Source: Candidatus Eiseniibacteriota bacterium (GTDB lineage: Bacteria; Joyebacterota; Joyebacteria; Joyebacterales; Joyebacteraceae). Taken from it: DNA of 38,688 nt. The stretch lies in assembly GCA_030638405.1 (NCBI GenBank), contig DAOWER010000026.1, forward strand, positions 1 to 38,688, written 5' to 3'. The notes beneath the pieces were generated by a model. The model was not told the origin of the DNA. It searched no databases and saw nothing but the letters and a program-made list of their open reading frames with translations. This document shows positions 11,738-23,415 of this stretch, piece after piece (position 1 is the stretch's first letter; every line of letters begins with the position of its first letter). A program made the position numbers and the translations under genes.

Positions 11738-12225
11738 TTCTCTTCCAGCGCCTGAAGCAGGACGGCAAGGTCCTGCGGCTGCGCCTGTGGAACGTCGCGG
11801 GCCGTGAGCCTGGTGCCCCCCGTGATGATCTCCTTCATGGCAGCGACGTCGTCATCATCGACGAAGACGTAAGGGAGAAGCTCCCGTTTCCCCTCCGCGT
11901 AGTGCATTCCTCCGACGTTCGCCTCGGCCACGTCGAGCCCGCTTCTGATCAGCGCCAGAAGATCGCGAGGACTCTCGACTATCACGACCGTGCGCTCCGC
12001 CTCCCACGTGCCCGCCTTGAGCCCCTCGGCGAAACACTCGCGAGTCACGATCGATACCGGCACGCCCATAGAGTCGGTCTCGGTGTAGAGCGCGCACTTC
12101 CAGTCGCAGCACGCGGTTTCGTTGTTGACGAGGATCATGTGCTCGGGTGAGAGCCATGCACCCCAGGCAACGGTAACCTGGCCGTGGATCAGTCGGTCGT
12201 CCACCCTCACCAGCACGAACGGCAT
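11734..12225 (-). CDS. PTS mannose/sorbose-family EIIB component
   Basis: MPFVLVRVDDRLIHGQVTVAWG carries the phospho-His motif of the EIIB(Man/Sor) family. I chose ATG 12225 (GGGAG 7 nt upstream) over the ORF-track GTG at 12246. Confidence 0.85.
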   Translation of the reverse strand: MPFVLVRVDDRLIHGQVTVAWGAWLSPEHMILVNNETACCDWKCALYTETDSMGVPVSIVTRECFAEGLKAGTWEAERTVVIVESPRDLLALIRSGLDVAEANVGGMHYAEGKRELLPYVFVDDDDVAAMKEIITGGTRLTARDVPQAQPQDLAVLLQALEEK

Positions 12226-12274
12226 TGTCGAACTCCCGGGCCGCACCTTCAGCCCAGCGGTCTCGGCCCAGCGG

Positions 12275-12673
12275 TCACACGATGCGAACGGCGTCGCGGC
12301 CGCGCTCCTTGACCGCGTGTATCAGTTCATCCACCTCGGTGCGATCCCTCTTGACGAAAAACTCGAGTAGCATCATCAGATTGACGCCCGTCAGAGCGCG
12401 GACACCGGTCCCTGAGGCCACTATCTCCTGGCAGACGTGATGGCAGCTACCACCCGGCATGTCACTGATCAGCACCACCTCACATCCCGACGCCAGACCG
12501 GCTACCGCGGCCTCCACGGCGTCGTGCAGGTCGTTGAGACCCATGCCGGTATTGGAGACGGCCGCCCAGTTCGGCTGCTTCCCGAGAATCCCCTGCACCG
12601 CCTCCATCAGGCACTGCCCCACGTTGCCATGCGCAACGACAACACACCCTATGCGCTTGCCCTGACTGCTCAC
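12275..12673 (-). CDS. PTS mannose-family EIIA component
   Basis: 132 aa. IGCVVVAHGNVGQCLMEAVQGILG is the His-10 region of EIIA(Man). GTG start overlaps the hprK stop (GTGA, 12670-12673). Confidence 0.8.
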   Translation of the reverse strand: MSSQGKRIGCVVVAHGNVGQCLMEAVQGILGKQPNWAAVSNTGMGLNDLHDAVEAAVAGLASGCEVVLISDMPGGSCHHVCQEIVASGTGVRALTGVNLMMLLEFFVKRDRTEVDELIHAVKERGRDAVRIV

Positions 12674-13641
12674 TCGTCATCACCTCGCGATGCGCGCAGC
12701 ACGCCGGCCTGCCTCGCCACGGCGTCCCGTTGGCGTCTGTCGAAGTCCCAGGCGGAGTTTATGCCCTTGAGCTTCAGAAGATAGTTCAGAGCGATGACCT
12801 CTGAGATAACGGTGATGTTCTTGCCGAGAACCAGAGGCAGTCGCACCACGGGTATCTGGACGCCGAGAATCTCCGACATTTCGTCCTCGAAGCCCAGCCG
12901 TTCGTAGTCGGACAGGTCAGACCACGCCGCGAGCTTCACCTCCACTTCGATGCGCTTCCGCTGTCTGAAGGCTCTCGTGCCGAACATCGCCTGGACGTCG
13001 ATGATCCCGACACCTCGAATCTCCATGTAGTTCCGCAGAAGCTCGCTTCCATAGCCTATCAGATAGTCCGTTCGCGTTCGCATGACCGAAACAACGTCGT
13101 CCGCCACCAGTCTATGCCCGTTCGCCACGAGGTCGAGCCCGCACTCGCTCTTCCCTATGCCGCTCTTCCCGGTGAAGAGAAGCCCCACCCCGTGCACGTC
13201 CACAAGGGTGGCGTGAATGACAGTCTGGGGCGCGAGCAGGTCCTCGAGCGCGGGCACGAGTTCGCTCGCCAGCCGGTCGGAAGTCATGGGCGTCGTGAAG
13301 ACGGGGACGCCGCGCGAGTTACCGAGTTCCACCAGAAGCGAGGGCGCCGCCAGACCGTCCGCGACGATGACGCACGGCACGGGCGGAGTACACAGCCGAC
13401 CGAGTGCGGCCTCCCGCGCATCAGCGGTCAGCGAGTCGACGTAGTCAACCTCGCGTGCGCCGAGAATCTGCACGCGTTCGGCGCGGAATCCCTCGGCGAA
13501 GCCGGCCAGCAGCAGGCCCGGCAGACAGACGTTGCTGTCCCGAATGACCCCACCTGACACGTCCGGCTTCGTGACCGCGGAGAGGGACAGACGTTCCCCG
13601 ATTCCGGCCGCCAGCGATAGAGCCGTGAGTTCCTCAGTCAC
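12670..13641 (-). CDS. hprK: HPr kinase/phosphorylase
   Basis: 323 aa. Walker A FTGKSGIGKSECGLDLV, followed by GHRLVADDVV and the MEIRGVGIIDV signature. GTG start with AGGAGG 7 nt upstream. Confidence 0.9.
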   Translation of the reverse strand: MTEELTALSLAAGIGERLSLSAVTKPDVSGGVIRDSNVCLPGLLLAGFAEGFRAERVQILGAREVDYVDSLTADAREAALGRLCTPPVPCVIVADGLAAPSLLVELGNSRGVPVFTTPMTSDRLASELVPALEDLLAPQTVIHATLVDVHGVGLLFTGKSGIGKSECGLDLVANGHRLVADDVVSVMRTRTDYLIGYGSELLRNYMEIRGVGIIDVQAMFGTRAFRQRKRIEVEVKLAAWSDLSDYERLGFEDEMSEILGVQIPVVRLPLVLGKNITVISEVIALNYLLKLKGINSAWDFDRRQRDAVARQAGVLRASRGDDE

Positions 13642-13674
13642 CTTCGTGCCTCCTGCCGAAGCCGGTGCGCTCTC

Positions 13675-14196
13675 CTACTTCTCCGGCTCGACCAGCCCGT
13701 AGTCACCGTCATCACGGCGATAGATGACGTTGACCCTGTCCGTCTCTGAGTTCATGAAGACCAGAAACGCCGCGTGAAGCTCGTCCAGTTCACTGAACGC
13801 CTCGGTCGGCGTCATCGCCCGGGACGCAAGGCTCTCCGGCACGATGCCCAGATCGCCCAGCGACACGCCGCCCGACGTCATGGCCACGTCGGCGGTCGCG
13901 TCCACACCCCTGTGGTTTCTGATGCGCTCCTTGTAGCGTCGTATCTGCCGCTCGACCTTGTCTATCGAGCGGTCAAAGGCGGATCTCACGTCGTCGGCGG
14001 TCTGCTCGCTGGAGATGACCGCTCGCGACGCGTGCACCGTGACGTCCGCGATGGTGCGGTGACCCTCTGTCTTGAAGACGACGTGCGCTTCGTCCACGCG
14101 GTCGAAGTAGCGTGCGAGGCGCGACACCTTGTCGTCGACGTACTGTCTCAGTTCCGGCTCGAGTTCACAGTGTCTGCAGGTGACCGTGATCCTCAT
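13675..14196 (-). CDS. hpf: ribosome hibernation promoting factor, long form
   Basis: MRITVTCRHCELEPELRQYVDDKVSRLARYFDRVDEAHVVFK is the sigma-54 modulation / S30AE domain. A C-terminal dimerisation-type extension is present (FLVFMNSETDRVNVIYRRDDGDYGLV). ATG overlaps the lipA stop (ATGA). Confidence 0.9.
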   Translation of the reverse strand: MRITVTCRHCELEPELRQYVDDKVSRLARYFDRVDEAHVVFKTEGHRTIADVTVHASRAVISSEQTADDVRSAFDRSIDKVERQIRRYKERIRNHRGVDATADVAMTSGGVSLGDLGIVPESLASRAMTPTEAFSELDELHAAFLVFMNSETDRVNVIYRRDDGDYGLVEPEK

Positions 14197-15104
14197 GCTG
14201 GCTCCTTTCCCTGCGCGCTGTCCAAGAGCGCGGGCCGCCGCTTACCCAGCGCCGCCACCGCCTCGTGAGCCCTGTACGAACTCCTGATGAACGGTCCTGC
14301 CGATGCCCATCTGAATCCCATAGACAAACACTCAGACGCTAGCTCGTCGAATTCCCCCGGCGTCACGAAGCGCGCCACCGGGTGGTGCTCGGCTGACGGT
14401 CGAAGGTACTGACCGAGATAGATGATATCGACGCCGGCCGCCAGCACGTCGGCAAGAACCCGCCTGAGTTCCTCCCGTGTCTCACCCATGCCCAGCATGA
14501 GCGCCGACTTGACCAGCGCCCCCGATGTCGAAGCCGCCGCGTGCGACAGAACGTCGAGTGACCGCTCGTACCGCGCGCCCTTCCTCACGGCGGGATACAG
14601 GCGCTCGACCGTTTCGACATTGTGGCCGAAGACGTCGGGAGCTGCCGCGAGCACCGTCTCTATCGGGCCCGGCAAGCCCCCGAAGTCAGGCACCAGCACC
14701 TCGATGCCGGCCCGCGCGTTGGCGCCTCTGATCGCCCGGATCGTCGCCGCGAAATGCGCCGCCCCTCCGTCCGGCAGGTCGTCCCGCGTCACTGACGTCA
14801 CCACCACGAAATCGAGCCCGAGGGTCGTGGCCGCCGAAGCCACCTCATCGGGCTCAACTGGATCGACCGGAAGGGGGCTCGCATGAGAGACCGCGCAGAA
14901 CCCGCAGTCCCGCGTGCACCGGTCCCCCAGGATCATGAATGTCGCCGTCCCCCGGGAGAAGCAGTCTACGCGGTTCGGGCACCTCGCCTCTTCACACACG
15001 GTGTTCAGACGATGTGACTTGAGCGTCTCCCGAACCAGCCTCGTCGCCGCGGGATTGGTCATAGGCTTGGTCAGCCAGGCCGGAAGGCGCGCCCCGGTCT
15101 TCAC
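14193..15104 (-). CDS. lipA: lipoyl synthase (radical SAM)
   Basis: Auxiliary-cluster motif CEEARCPNRVDC and radical-SAM motif CTRDCGFC. Full-length LipA-like. GTG start overlaps the stop of the upstream lipoyl-domain ORF (GTGA, 15101-15104). Confidence 0.95.
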   Translation of the reverse strand: MKTGARLPAWLTKPMTNPAATRLVRETLKSHRLNTVCEEARCPNRVDCFSRGTATFMILGDRCTRDCGFCAVSHASPLPVDPVEPDEVASAATTLGLDFVVVTSVTRDDLPDGGAAHFAATIRAIRGANARAGIEVLVPDFGGLPGPIETVLAAAPDVFGHNVETVERLYPAVRKGARYERSLDVLSHAAASTSGALVKSALMLGMGETREELRRVLADVLAAGVDIIYLGQYLRPSAEHHPVARFVTPGEFDELASECLSMGFRWASAGPFIRSSYRAHEAVAALGKRRPALLDSAQGKEPA

Positions 15105-15346
15105 TCGACGTCTATCCTCCCCAGCCTGTCTCCGGGCGCAACGGTAGTGTCTTCCTGCGCCAGGACCTCGGCCAGAGTTCCCGTGTGGCGAGAGATCACC
15201 GCCAGCGCGGTCTTGTCCTCGACCGACTCTACGACGAGCAACTCGTCGCCCTCGCGCACCGCGGCACCCGTGTCCACCTTCCAGTAAGAGATGGTGAACT
15301 CGAGAGCGTCAGTCTCGGTCGTCTCAAGGATGATGTCTCTGAGCAC
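15101..15346 (-). CDS. stand-alone lipoyl/biotinyl-attachment-domain protein (81 aa)
   Basis: Single flattened beta-barrel-type domain pattern: W.V..G..V..GD.L..VES.EDKTA..V.....G.L. The candidate modified Lys lies in VVESVEDKTALAV. GTG start with a G-rich SD-like run upstream, 21 nt after the rpoN stop. The short length lowers confidence. Confidence 0.6.
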   Translation of the reverse strand: MLRDIILETTETDALEFTISYWKVDTGAAVREGDELLVVESVEDKTALAVISRHTGTLAEVLAQEDTTVAPGDRLGRIDVE

Positions 15347-15367
15347 GTCAGTCAGCCCCCGGGTCCG

Positions 15368-16852
15368 TCAGATCTCCTTGCGGAGGCCCGCCCTCAGGAT
15401 ATGCATCTGGTCGCGGTACTTAGCCACCGCACGCCGCGAGATCCTGAAGCCCATCGTCCTGAGCTCCTCTGCGACCTTCTGATCCGAGAGCGGCTTCTTC
15501 TTGTCCTCCCTGCTGATTATCTCCTGCATGGCATCGCGCACCGCCCTAGAGGCAACCTGGTCGCCGTTCTTCGTCCGTATGCCGCTCGAGAAGAAGTACT
15601 TCAACTCGAAGGTCCCGCGGGGCGTCTGCACATACTTGCCCCGCGTCACGCGGCTGACAGTCGACTCGTGCATGCTGACGTCATCGGCGATCTGCTGGAG
15701 CGTCAGTGGTTTGAGGGCGGAAACACCCTTGTCGAAGAAGCCCCTCTGAGCCCGGACGATGCTCTCCGTCACGCGGACCATTGTTCGGCGCCGGTTCTCG
15801 ATGCTCTGCACGATCCACCGCGCGGCCTTGAGCTTCTTGGAGATGAACTCCCTCTCCTCTGAAGCGGCTCCGGACGAGAGGATCCTGCGATAGGTCGGGT
15901 TGATCCGCACTCGCGGAACGTCCTGATCGTTGAGGTAGACGATGAAGTCCCCGTCGATCTCATCGATCACGAGATCCGGCGTGATGTAGCCGGGATCGCC
16001 GACCACGGGATCGATGCGAGGTCTGGGGTCGAGCTTCCCTATCTCGCCGATCGCCTCGCGGAGTTCTTCCGTCGAGACGGACAGCCTCCGGCGGATCGCG
16101 TCGTACTTACACGACTTCAGTTCCTCGAAGCTCGTGGACACCACACGCGCTGCCAGCGTTTCCCCGAGGCCCTTCCTCTGCAGCTGGAGGTGGAGACACT
16201 CCTCGATGGTGCGTGCCGCTATGCCCGCAGGATCGAGCGCCTGCACGACCTCCAGTGCCTTCTCCACCGTCTCGATGTCCGTCTTGAGCGCCCGCGCGAT
16301 CTCCTCGAGCGTGTCGTTGACGTAGCCGTCCTGGTCCAGTTCGTCAATGATGTACTCGGCGATGCCGATCAGCACGTCGTCCTTGCACTCCATGTGAAGC
16401 TGGTGCTTCAGCTCGTCCTCGAACGTGGCCACGGCCACCGGAACACGCTCGAACCGCTCGTCATCGTCGTCTCGGGCGAAGTTCTGCCCGTACGCGTGCG
16501 AGTAGACATCGTCGAGGTAGTCGTCCCAATCGAGGTCCTCGCCGGCCGCGTCTTTTTCCTCGGAGCTTTCGCTCTCGGTCTTCTCCCCCTCGGGATCTGA
16601 CGATTCCTCACCCTGGCGCTCGTCCGCCGCCCCTTCCCCGTCCTCGGTGCGCTCAGCCTCCGACTCGTCCTTCTCGGATTCCGCTTCCTCGTCCTCAAGG
16701 CGGTCAAGCAGCGGATTCTGAAGCAGCTCCTGCTTGAGGAACTGCTCCAGCTCGAGCGTCGATACCTGGAGGATCTTGAGCGCCATTTGCAGCCGTGGCG
16801 TCATCACGAGCTGCTGGTGCATCCTCATGCTCATAGTAGGCTTCAGATCCAT
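15368..16852 (-). CDS. rpoN: RNA polymerase sigma-54 factor
   Basis: Region I is MDLKPTMSMRMHQQLVMTPRLQMALKILQ; region II is very acidic; the C-terminal HTH and RpoN box are present (RISRRAVAKYR). I chose ATG 16852 (GGAG upstream). The ORF-track extension to 17038 would overlap lptB and is not sigma-54-like. Confidence 0.95.
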   Translation of the reverse strand: MDLKPTMSMRMHQQLVMTPRLQMALKILQVSTLELEQFLKQELLQNPLLDRLEDEEAESEKDESEAERTEDGEGAADERQGEESSDPEGEKTESESSEEKDAAGEDLDWDDYLDDVYSHAYGQNFARDDDDERFERVPVAVATFEDELKHQLHMECKDDVLIGIAEYIIDELDQDGYVNDTLEEIARALKTDIETVEKALEVVQALDPAGIAARTIEECLHLQLQRKGLGETLAARVVSTSFEELKSCKYDAIRRRLSVSTEELREAIGEIGKLDPRPRIDPVVGDPGYITPDLVIDEIDGDFIVYLNDQDVPRVRINPTYRRILSSGAASEEREFISKKLKAARWIVQSIENRRRTMVRVTESIVRAQRGFFDKGVSALKPLTLQQIADDVSMHESTVSRVTRGKYVQTPRGTFELKYFFSSGIRTKNGDQVASRAVRDAMQEIISREDKKKPLSDQKVAEELRTMGFRISRRAVAKYRDQMHILRAGLRKEI

Positions 16853-16949
16853 AGGACTCCCCCGTGCCCGTTGCTCGCACTGACCACTCCCGGTCCGCCG
16901 CGGAACGGACTCCGCGCCGGACTCTGCTCCTGGGACATCCAAGATCCCG

Positions 16950-17720
16950 CTAGAGGCGGAAGCGCTCTCCCAGATACAGCTTTCGCGCCTCTTCGTTTGA
17001 TGCCAACTCGTCGGCGTTCCCCGACAATAAGATTTCACCCTCGTACATGATATAGGCTCTGTCGGTCACCGACAACGTCTCACGGACGCTGTGGTCGGTG
17101 ATCAGGATCCCTATCCCTCTGTCCCTGAGCCTCCTGATGATCGCCTGGATGTCCTGCACCACTATCGGGTCGATGCCGACGAAGGGCTCGTCCAGAAGCA
17201 GGAAGGCCGGTTGCGTCACCAGTGCCCGCGTTATCTCTACGCGCCTGCGCTCTCCGCCAGAGAGCGTGTCGGCCGAGCGGTCACGAAGATCCTCGATGCC
17301 GAGTTCACCGAGAAGCTCGGTCAGCCTGTCGTCGCGCTCCGATCGGGTCCCGCCGAGCGTCTCGAGGATGGCATTGATGTTCTGCGCGACCGTCAGTCCC
17401 CTGAATATGGACGCTTCCTGCGACAGGTAGCCCACGCCCAGACGGGCCCGCTGGTACATCGGCAGACTGGTGATGTCCTCTCCGTCGAGGAGGACGGCGC
17501 CCCCGTCGGGTCTCAGAAGCCCGACAATCATGTGGAACGTCGTCGTCTTCCCCGCGCCGTTGGGACCCAGGAGCCCGACGACCTCACCGCGCTCGAGATT
17601 GAGCTCCACCCGGTTGACTACCGTGCGGCGGCCGTATAGCTTCACGAGCCCCGCGGCATTGAGCCTCCGAGGCGCGGACGCGCCACCACCGTTTCCCGCT
17701 CTGTCACTCTTCCTCGACAA
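16950..17720 (-). CDS. lptB: LPS export ABC transporter ATP-binding protein
   Basis: Walker [13 protein letters not shown] signature [10 protein letters not shown], Walker B LLLDEPF. The LptB-typical size and its position immediately upstream of rpoN support the call. The only available start is TTG 17720, overlapping the end of lptC. Confidence 0.9.
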   Translation of the reverse strand: MSRKSDRAGNGGGASAPRRLNAAGLVKLYGRRTVVNRVELNLERGEVVGLLGPNGAGKTTTFHMIVGLLRPDGGAVLLDGEDITSLPMYQRARLGVGYLSQEASIFRGLTVAQNINAILETLGGTRSERDDRLTELLGELGIEDLRDRSADTLSGGERRRVEITRALVTQPAFLLLDEPFVGIDPIVVQDIQAIIRRLRDRGIGILITDHSVRETLSVTDRAYIMYEGEILLSGNADELASNEEARKLYLGERFRL

Positions 17721-18264
17721 GCTCTCCCTCCGGCGTCCGGACGAACGCCTTGAAATCGCTTTTCACCTTGATGTTCTTGAGGTCAGCGTCAGCCTCCACC
17801 CCAACGCCGGTCATCACGTCATCGCCCTTCGTCACGCGGACGGGGCGGTCCGACTCCACCTTCCCCTTGCGCTCGTTCCAGGTGAGCCTGTCTGTCGTCA
17901 GGATGGTCCCGTCAGCCGCGTAGACGACGACATTGCCTATGACCTCCATGTCGTTCGTCCGGCGGGCCAGAATGCCCTCGTTCGCGGTCAGGGTCGAGCG
18001 AACCTCTCCGTCGTCATCGAAGAAGTCGACCCGCAGGTCGATCATCTCAACGCGGTCCGCGTCGTTGTAGACAAGCGCGTGGTCGGCGGAGATGGACCAG
18101 ACTCTCGCGCCCTCGCGCGTCTGGGTCAGGGTGAAGCCGTCCACCTCCTGGTCGGCGAGCGTCCCGGACCTCCCGAACTCGCCACCCTCATCACCACCGC
18201 ACCCGTGCAACAGCAGCGCGAGTGCGAGAATGGCGGCCAACGTTAAGGCGGACGACAGCTTCAT
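17704..18264 (-). CDS. lptC: LptC-like LPS export periplasmic component (OstA-fold), membrane- or lipid-anchored
   Basis: ATG 18264 gives [24 protein letters not shown], a signal or anchor with a possible lipobox. This is followed by beta-rich LptC/OstA-like sequence (...[23 protein letters not shown]...[22 protein letters not shown]...). Position between kdsD and lptB fits. The ORF-track extension to 18495 is rejected. Confidence 0.65.
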   Translation of the reverse strand: MKLSSALTLAAILALALLLHGCGGDEGGEFGRSGTLADQEVDGFTLTQTREGARVWSISADHALVYNDADRVEMIDLRVDFFDDDGEVRSTLTANEGILARRTNDMEVIGNVVVYAADGTILTTDRLTWNERKGKVESDRPVRVTKGDDVMTGVGVEADADLKNIKVKSDFKAFVRTPEGELVEEE

Positions 18265-18473
18265 TGAGTTTCCGTTCCCCGGACGGGCGAACCCGTCTCT
18301 AAAGGTAGTGAAGCACCACTGACCGCGCCTGAGGCGCGTTTCCAATATACCCGAGAAGGGGCCCCTCCTCAAGGCGTCCTGCCAACTGCCGAGAAACTCG
18401 CAGGAGCCCTTACGGGCGGGAGGATAGCAGAATGCTGAATGGGGGGTCAACAAGGAGCCGCGCACTGGTGGGA

Positions 18474-19511
18474 TCAGCCCACCGCGCGCAGGCAATCATG
18501 GATGTGAATCACTCCCTCGGGGCCGCCGTCCTCGTTCACAATGATGAGGGAGGTGATGGGACCAGGGGTGTTGGTTTCCATCTTCTCGAGCGCGTCGGCC
18601 ACGAGTTCGTCCCTGCCCACGGTCCTGGGGGACGGCGTCATGACGTCGCCCACGCGCGTGTTGAGGACGTCGGTTCTCCCGATGATGATGCGCTTGAGGT
18701 CTCCGTCGGCGACGATGCCCGCGAGCCTGCCCGCGGCGTCGACCACCGTGGTCAGCCCCAGTCGCTTGCCGGCTATCTCGACGACGGCGTCCCTCATGAG
18801 GGTGTCCGCGGACACGACGGGAAGGGCGTCCCCCGTGTGCATGACGTCCCTGACCCTGAGAAGGAGCCTCCGACCCAGAGCGCCCGCCGGGTGGAACGAC
18901 GCGAAGGCGTCCCGGTCTATCGCCTTCTCCGAAAGAACGGCAACGGCGAGCGCGTCGCCCAGCGCCAGCGCCGCCGTCGTGCTGGCTGTCGGCAGGAGGT
19001 CCATCGGGCACGCCTCACGCTCGACGCGCGCGTCCACGACGATGTCGGCCCTGGACGCCAGCGCAGATCCCGTGTTTCCGGTGATGGCGACGATCGTGAC
19101 CCCGATGTCGCGGATGAGCGGCAGCAGCTGCAGCAGTTCCTCACCCTCGCCGCTCTTGGAGACAGCCAGCACTACGTCCCCCTCGCTCACCATGCCGACG
19201 TCTCCGTGCGGCGCGTCCGCCGGGTGCAGGAAGAAGGCCCTCGTTCCGGTGCTCGCAAGCGTGGCCGCTATCTTGCGCGCCACGAGGCCGGACTTCCCCA
19301 CGCCGCAGACGACGATGCTGCCGGGTGACTCCACCACCGCCCGCACGGCCGCGACGAAGGCGTCGTCGATGCGGTCCGTCAGCCCGCCGATCGCGTCGCG
19401 CTCAACCTCGAGGACCTCACGTCCGGTCCGGAGCAGCTCCTCGTCAGAGAGGCCGCGACGTCCCACTGTCCTGTGTGTGCCGGTGTTCTTCGACAAGAGA
19501 GTGTCTCCCAC
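18474..19511 (-). CDS. kdsD: arabinose-5-phosphate isomerase (KdsD/KpsF; SIS plus tandem CBS domains)
   Basis: SIS motifs CGVGKSGLVARKIAATLASTGT and AVSKSGEGEEL. The C-terminal CBS pair ends in GVIHIHDCLRA. The start is uncertain (GTG 19511 or an internal GTG). Confidence 0.9.
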   Translation of the reverse strand: MGDTLLSKNTGTHRTVGRRGLSDEELLRTGREVLEVERDAIGGLTDRIDDAFVAAVRAVVESPGSIVVCGVGKSGLVARKIAATLASTGTRAFFLHPADAPHGDVGMVSEGDVVLAVSKSGEGEELLQLLPLIRDIGVTIVAITGNTGSALASRADIVVDARVEREACPMDLLPTASTTAALALGDALAVAVLSEKAIDRDAFASFHPAGALGRRLLLRVRDVMHTGDALPVVSADTLMRDAVVEIAGKRLGLTTVVDAAGRLAGIVADGDLKRIIIGRTDVLNTRVGDVMTPSPRTVGRDELVADALEKMETNTPGPITSLIIVNEDGGPEGVIHIHDCLRAVG

Positions 19512-19553
19512 GTCGCGCGCGACACGCCGGCCCGTCCCTCTCAGGCGACCGCG

Positions 19554-20087
19554 TCAGATGCTCACCAGGAACTCAGCGACTACGTCCTTCCAGTCGCCCC
19601 TGGCCTTGAGAATGGCCTCGACCGTCTCGCGCACCGCTCCACGACCCCCGGGCGCTTCGGTGACGTACGGAGCCGACTCAAGAAGGTCCGCACACGCGTC
19701 GGCGACCGCCACGCCTATCCCGACCTCCCGTATCGACGCCATGTCAACGAGATCGTCACCGACGTAGGCTATCGCCGAAAGCTCGACCCCGTGCCGATCG
19801 GCGATCCCGCGCACGACCTCGAGCTTCTGCTGCTCGCCCTGGTAGATCTCACGGACGCCCAGCATTTCGGCGCGGCGCTCCACGATCTCGGACACGCGCG
19901 CCGACAGGAAGATGACCTCGACACCTGCGAACTGCGCCACTTTGATCCCTATGCCGTCCCGAACCGAGAACTCCTTGATCTCCTCACCCGACGGACCCAG
20001 CACGAGGTGCGCGTTCGTCAGCACTCCGTCCACGTCCAGGATCAAGAGCTTGATGCCGGCCGCAATGCTGTTGTCGATCGCCAGCAA
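19554..20087 (-). CDS. kdsC: 3-deoxy-D-manno-octulosonate 8-phosphate phosphatase (HAD superfamily)
   Basis: IKLLILDVDGVLTN (the HAD DxD motif), then ...FSVRDGIGIKV...YVGDDLVDM. I chose TTG 20087 (GGGAGGA 7 nt upstream, 4 nt after the kdsA stop) over the ORF-track GTG at 20135. Confidence 0.85.
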   Translation of the reverse strand: MLAIDNSIAAGIKLLILDVDGVLTNAHLVLGPSGEEIKEFSVRDGIGIKVAQFAGVEVIFLSARVSEIVERRAEMLGVREIYQGEQQKLEVVRGIADRHGVELSAIAYVGDDLVDMASIREVGIGVAVADACADLLESAPYVTEAPGGRGAVRETVEAILKARGDWKDVVAEFLVSI

Positions 20088-20091
20088 GGCA

Positions 20092-22651
<2,560 letters not shown>

Positions 22652-22658
22652 TCAGGAA

Positions 22659-23399
22659 TCACAAGGCGCTCATGCGCCTCTCGACCTCCGCGGCGTCCTT
22701 CGGCCTGTCGACCGACTGCGTCCGCCGCTCGGTCAGCACCAGACCGACTGTCATGCCGTTCTCGAGTGCCCTGAGCTGCTCCAGAGATTCCCGCAGCTCC
22801 AGCGTCCCTCTCGGGAACGACGCGAATCGATCGAGCGCGGCGCGCCGAAAGCAGTATATCCCAACGTGATGGAGATACAAAGGGCTAAGGCCTGCAGATT
22901 CCGAAATGTGTGGCACGGGCGCGCGAGAGAAATAGAGGGCCCTTCCGCCCCGTCCGGCGACCACCTTGACGACGTCGGGGCTCCGGTAGCCCTCCTCATC
23001 GTCCGCACCGAAGGCAAGAGTCGAGAGTTCGGCCTCAGCGTCACGCTCGAGCGCCCCCACGGTCCGGTCGATATCCTCGGGATGGATCATCGGCTGGTCC
23101 GCCTGGAGGTTGACGACCACGTCCGCCGCCACATCGCGAACAGCAGCCGCCACACGGTCGCTCCCGGTCGCGCACGGCTCCGTCACGATGAGCGCGCGCC
23201 CGCCGAACGACGACACCGCCTCGTCCACCTCGACGCTGTCCGTTGCGACCAGCACCTCATCGACGCTCGACGCCTGGACCAGCCTCTCGTACACGTGCTG
23301 GATGAGAGGTCTGCCCCCGATCGGCGCGAGCACCTTCCCCGGGAATCTCGTGGAACCGAGGCGTGCAGGAATGACCCCGATGACACGTCCGCTCGCCAA
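22659..23399 (-). CDS. kdsB: 3-deoxy-manno-octulosonate cytidylyltransferase (CMP-Kdo synthetase)
   Basis: VIGVIPARLGSTRFPGKVLAPIGGRPLIQHVYE, ...VVNLQADQPMI..., YLHHVGIYCFRR. TTG start. Confidence 0.9.
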   Translation of the reverse strand: MASGRVIGVIPARLGSTRFPGKVLAPIGGRPLIQHVYERLVQASSVDEVLVATDSVEVDEAVSSFGGRALIVTEPCATGSDRVAAAVRDVAADVVVNLQADQPMIHPEDIDRTVGALERDAEAELSTLAFGADDEEGYRSPDVVKVVAGRGGRALYFSRAPVPHISESAGLSPLYLHHVGIYCFRRAALDRFASFPRGTLELRESLEQLRALENGMTVGLVLTERRTQSVDRPKDAAEVERRMSAL

Positions 23400-23415
23400 C
23401 TGCCCCCCCGTGTCT

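Noticed and set aside
16853-17038. ORF-track N-terminal extensions of rpoN (to 17038), lptC (to 18495), the MBL hydrolase (to 24129), EamA (from 24957), the small membrane protein (to 32923) and the 37.5-kb membrane protein (to 38053).
   Set aside because: The extensions overlap neighbouring genes or promoter regions, are compositionally aberrant, and precede internal starts that have good SD sequences and family-typical N-termini.
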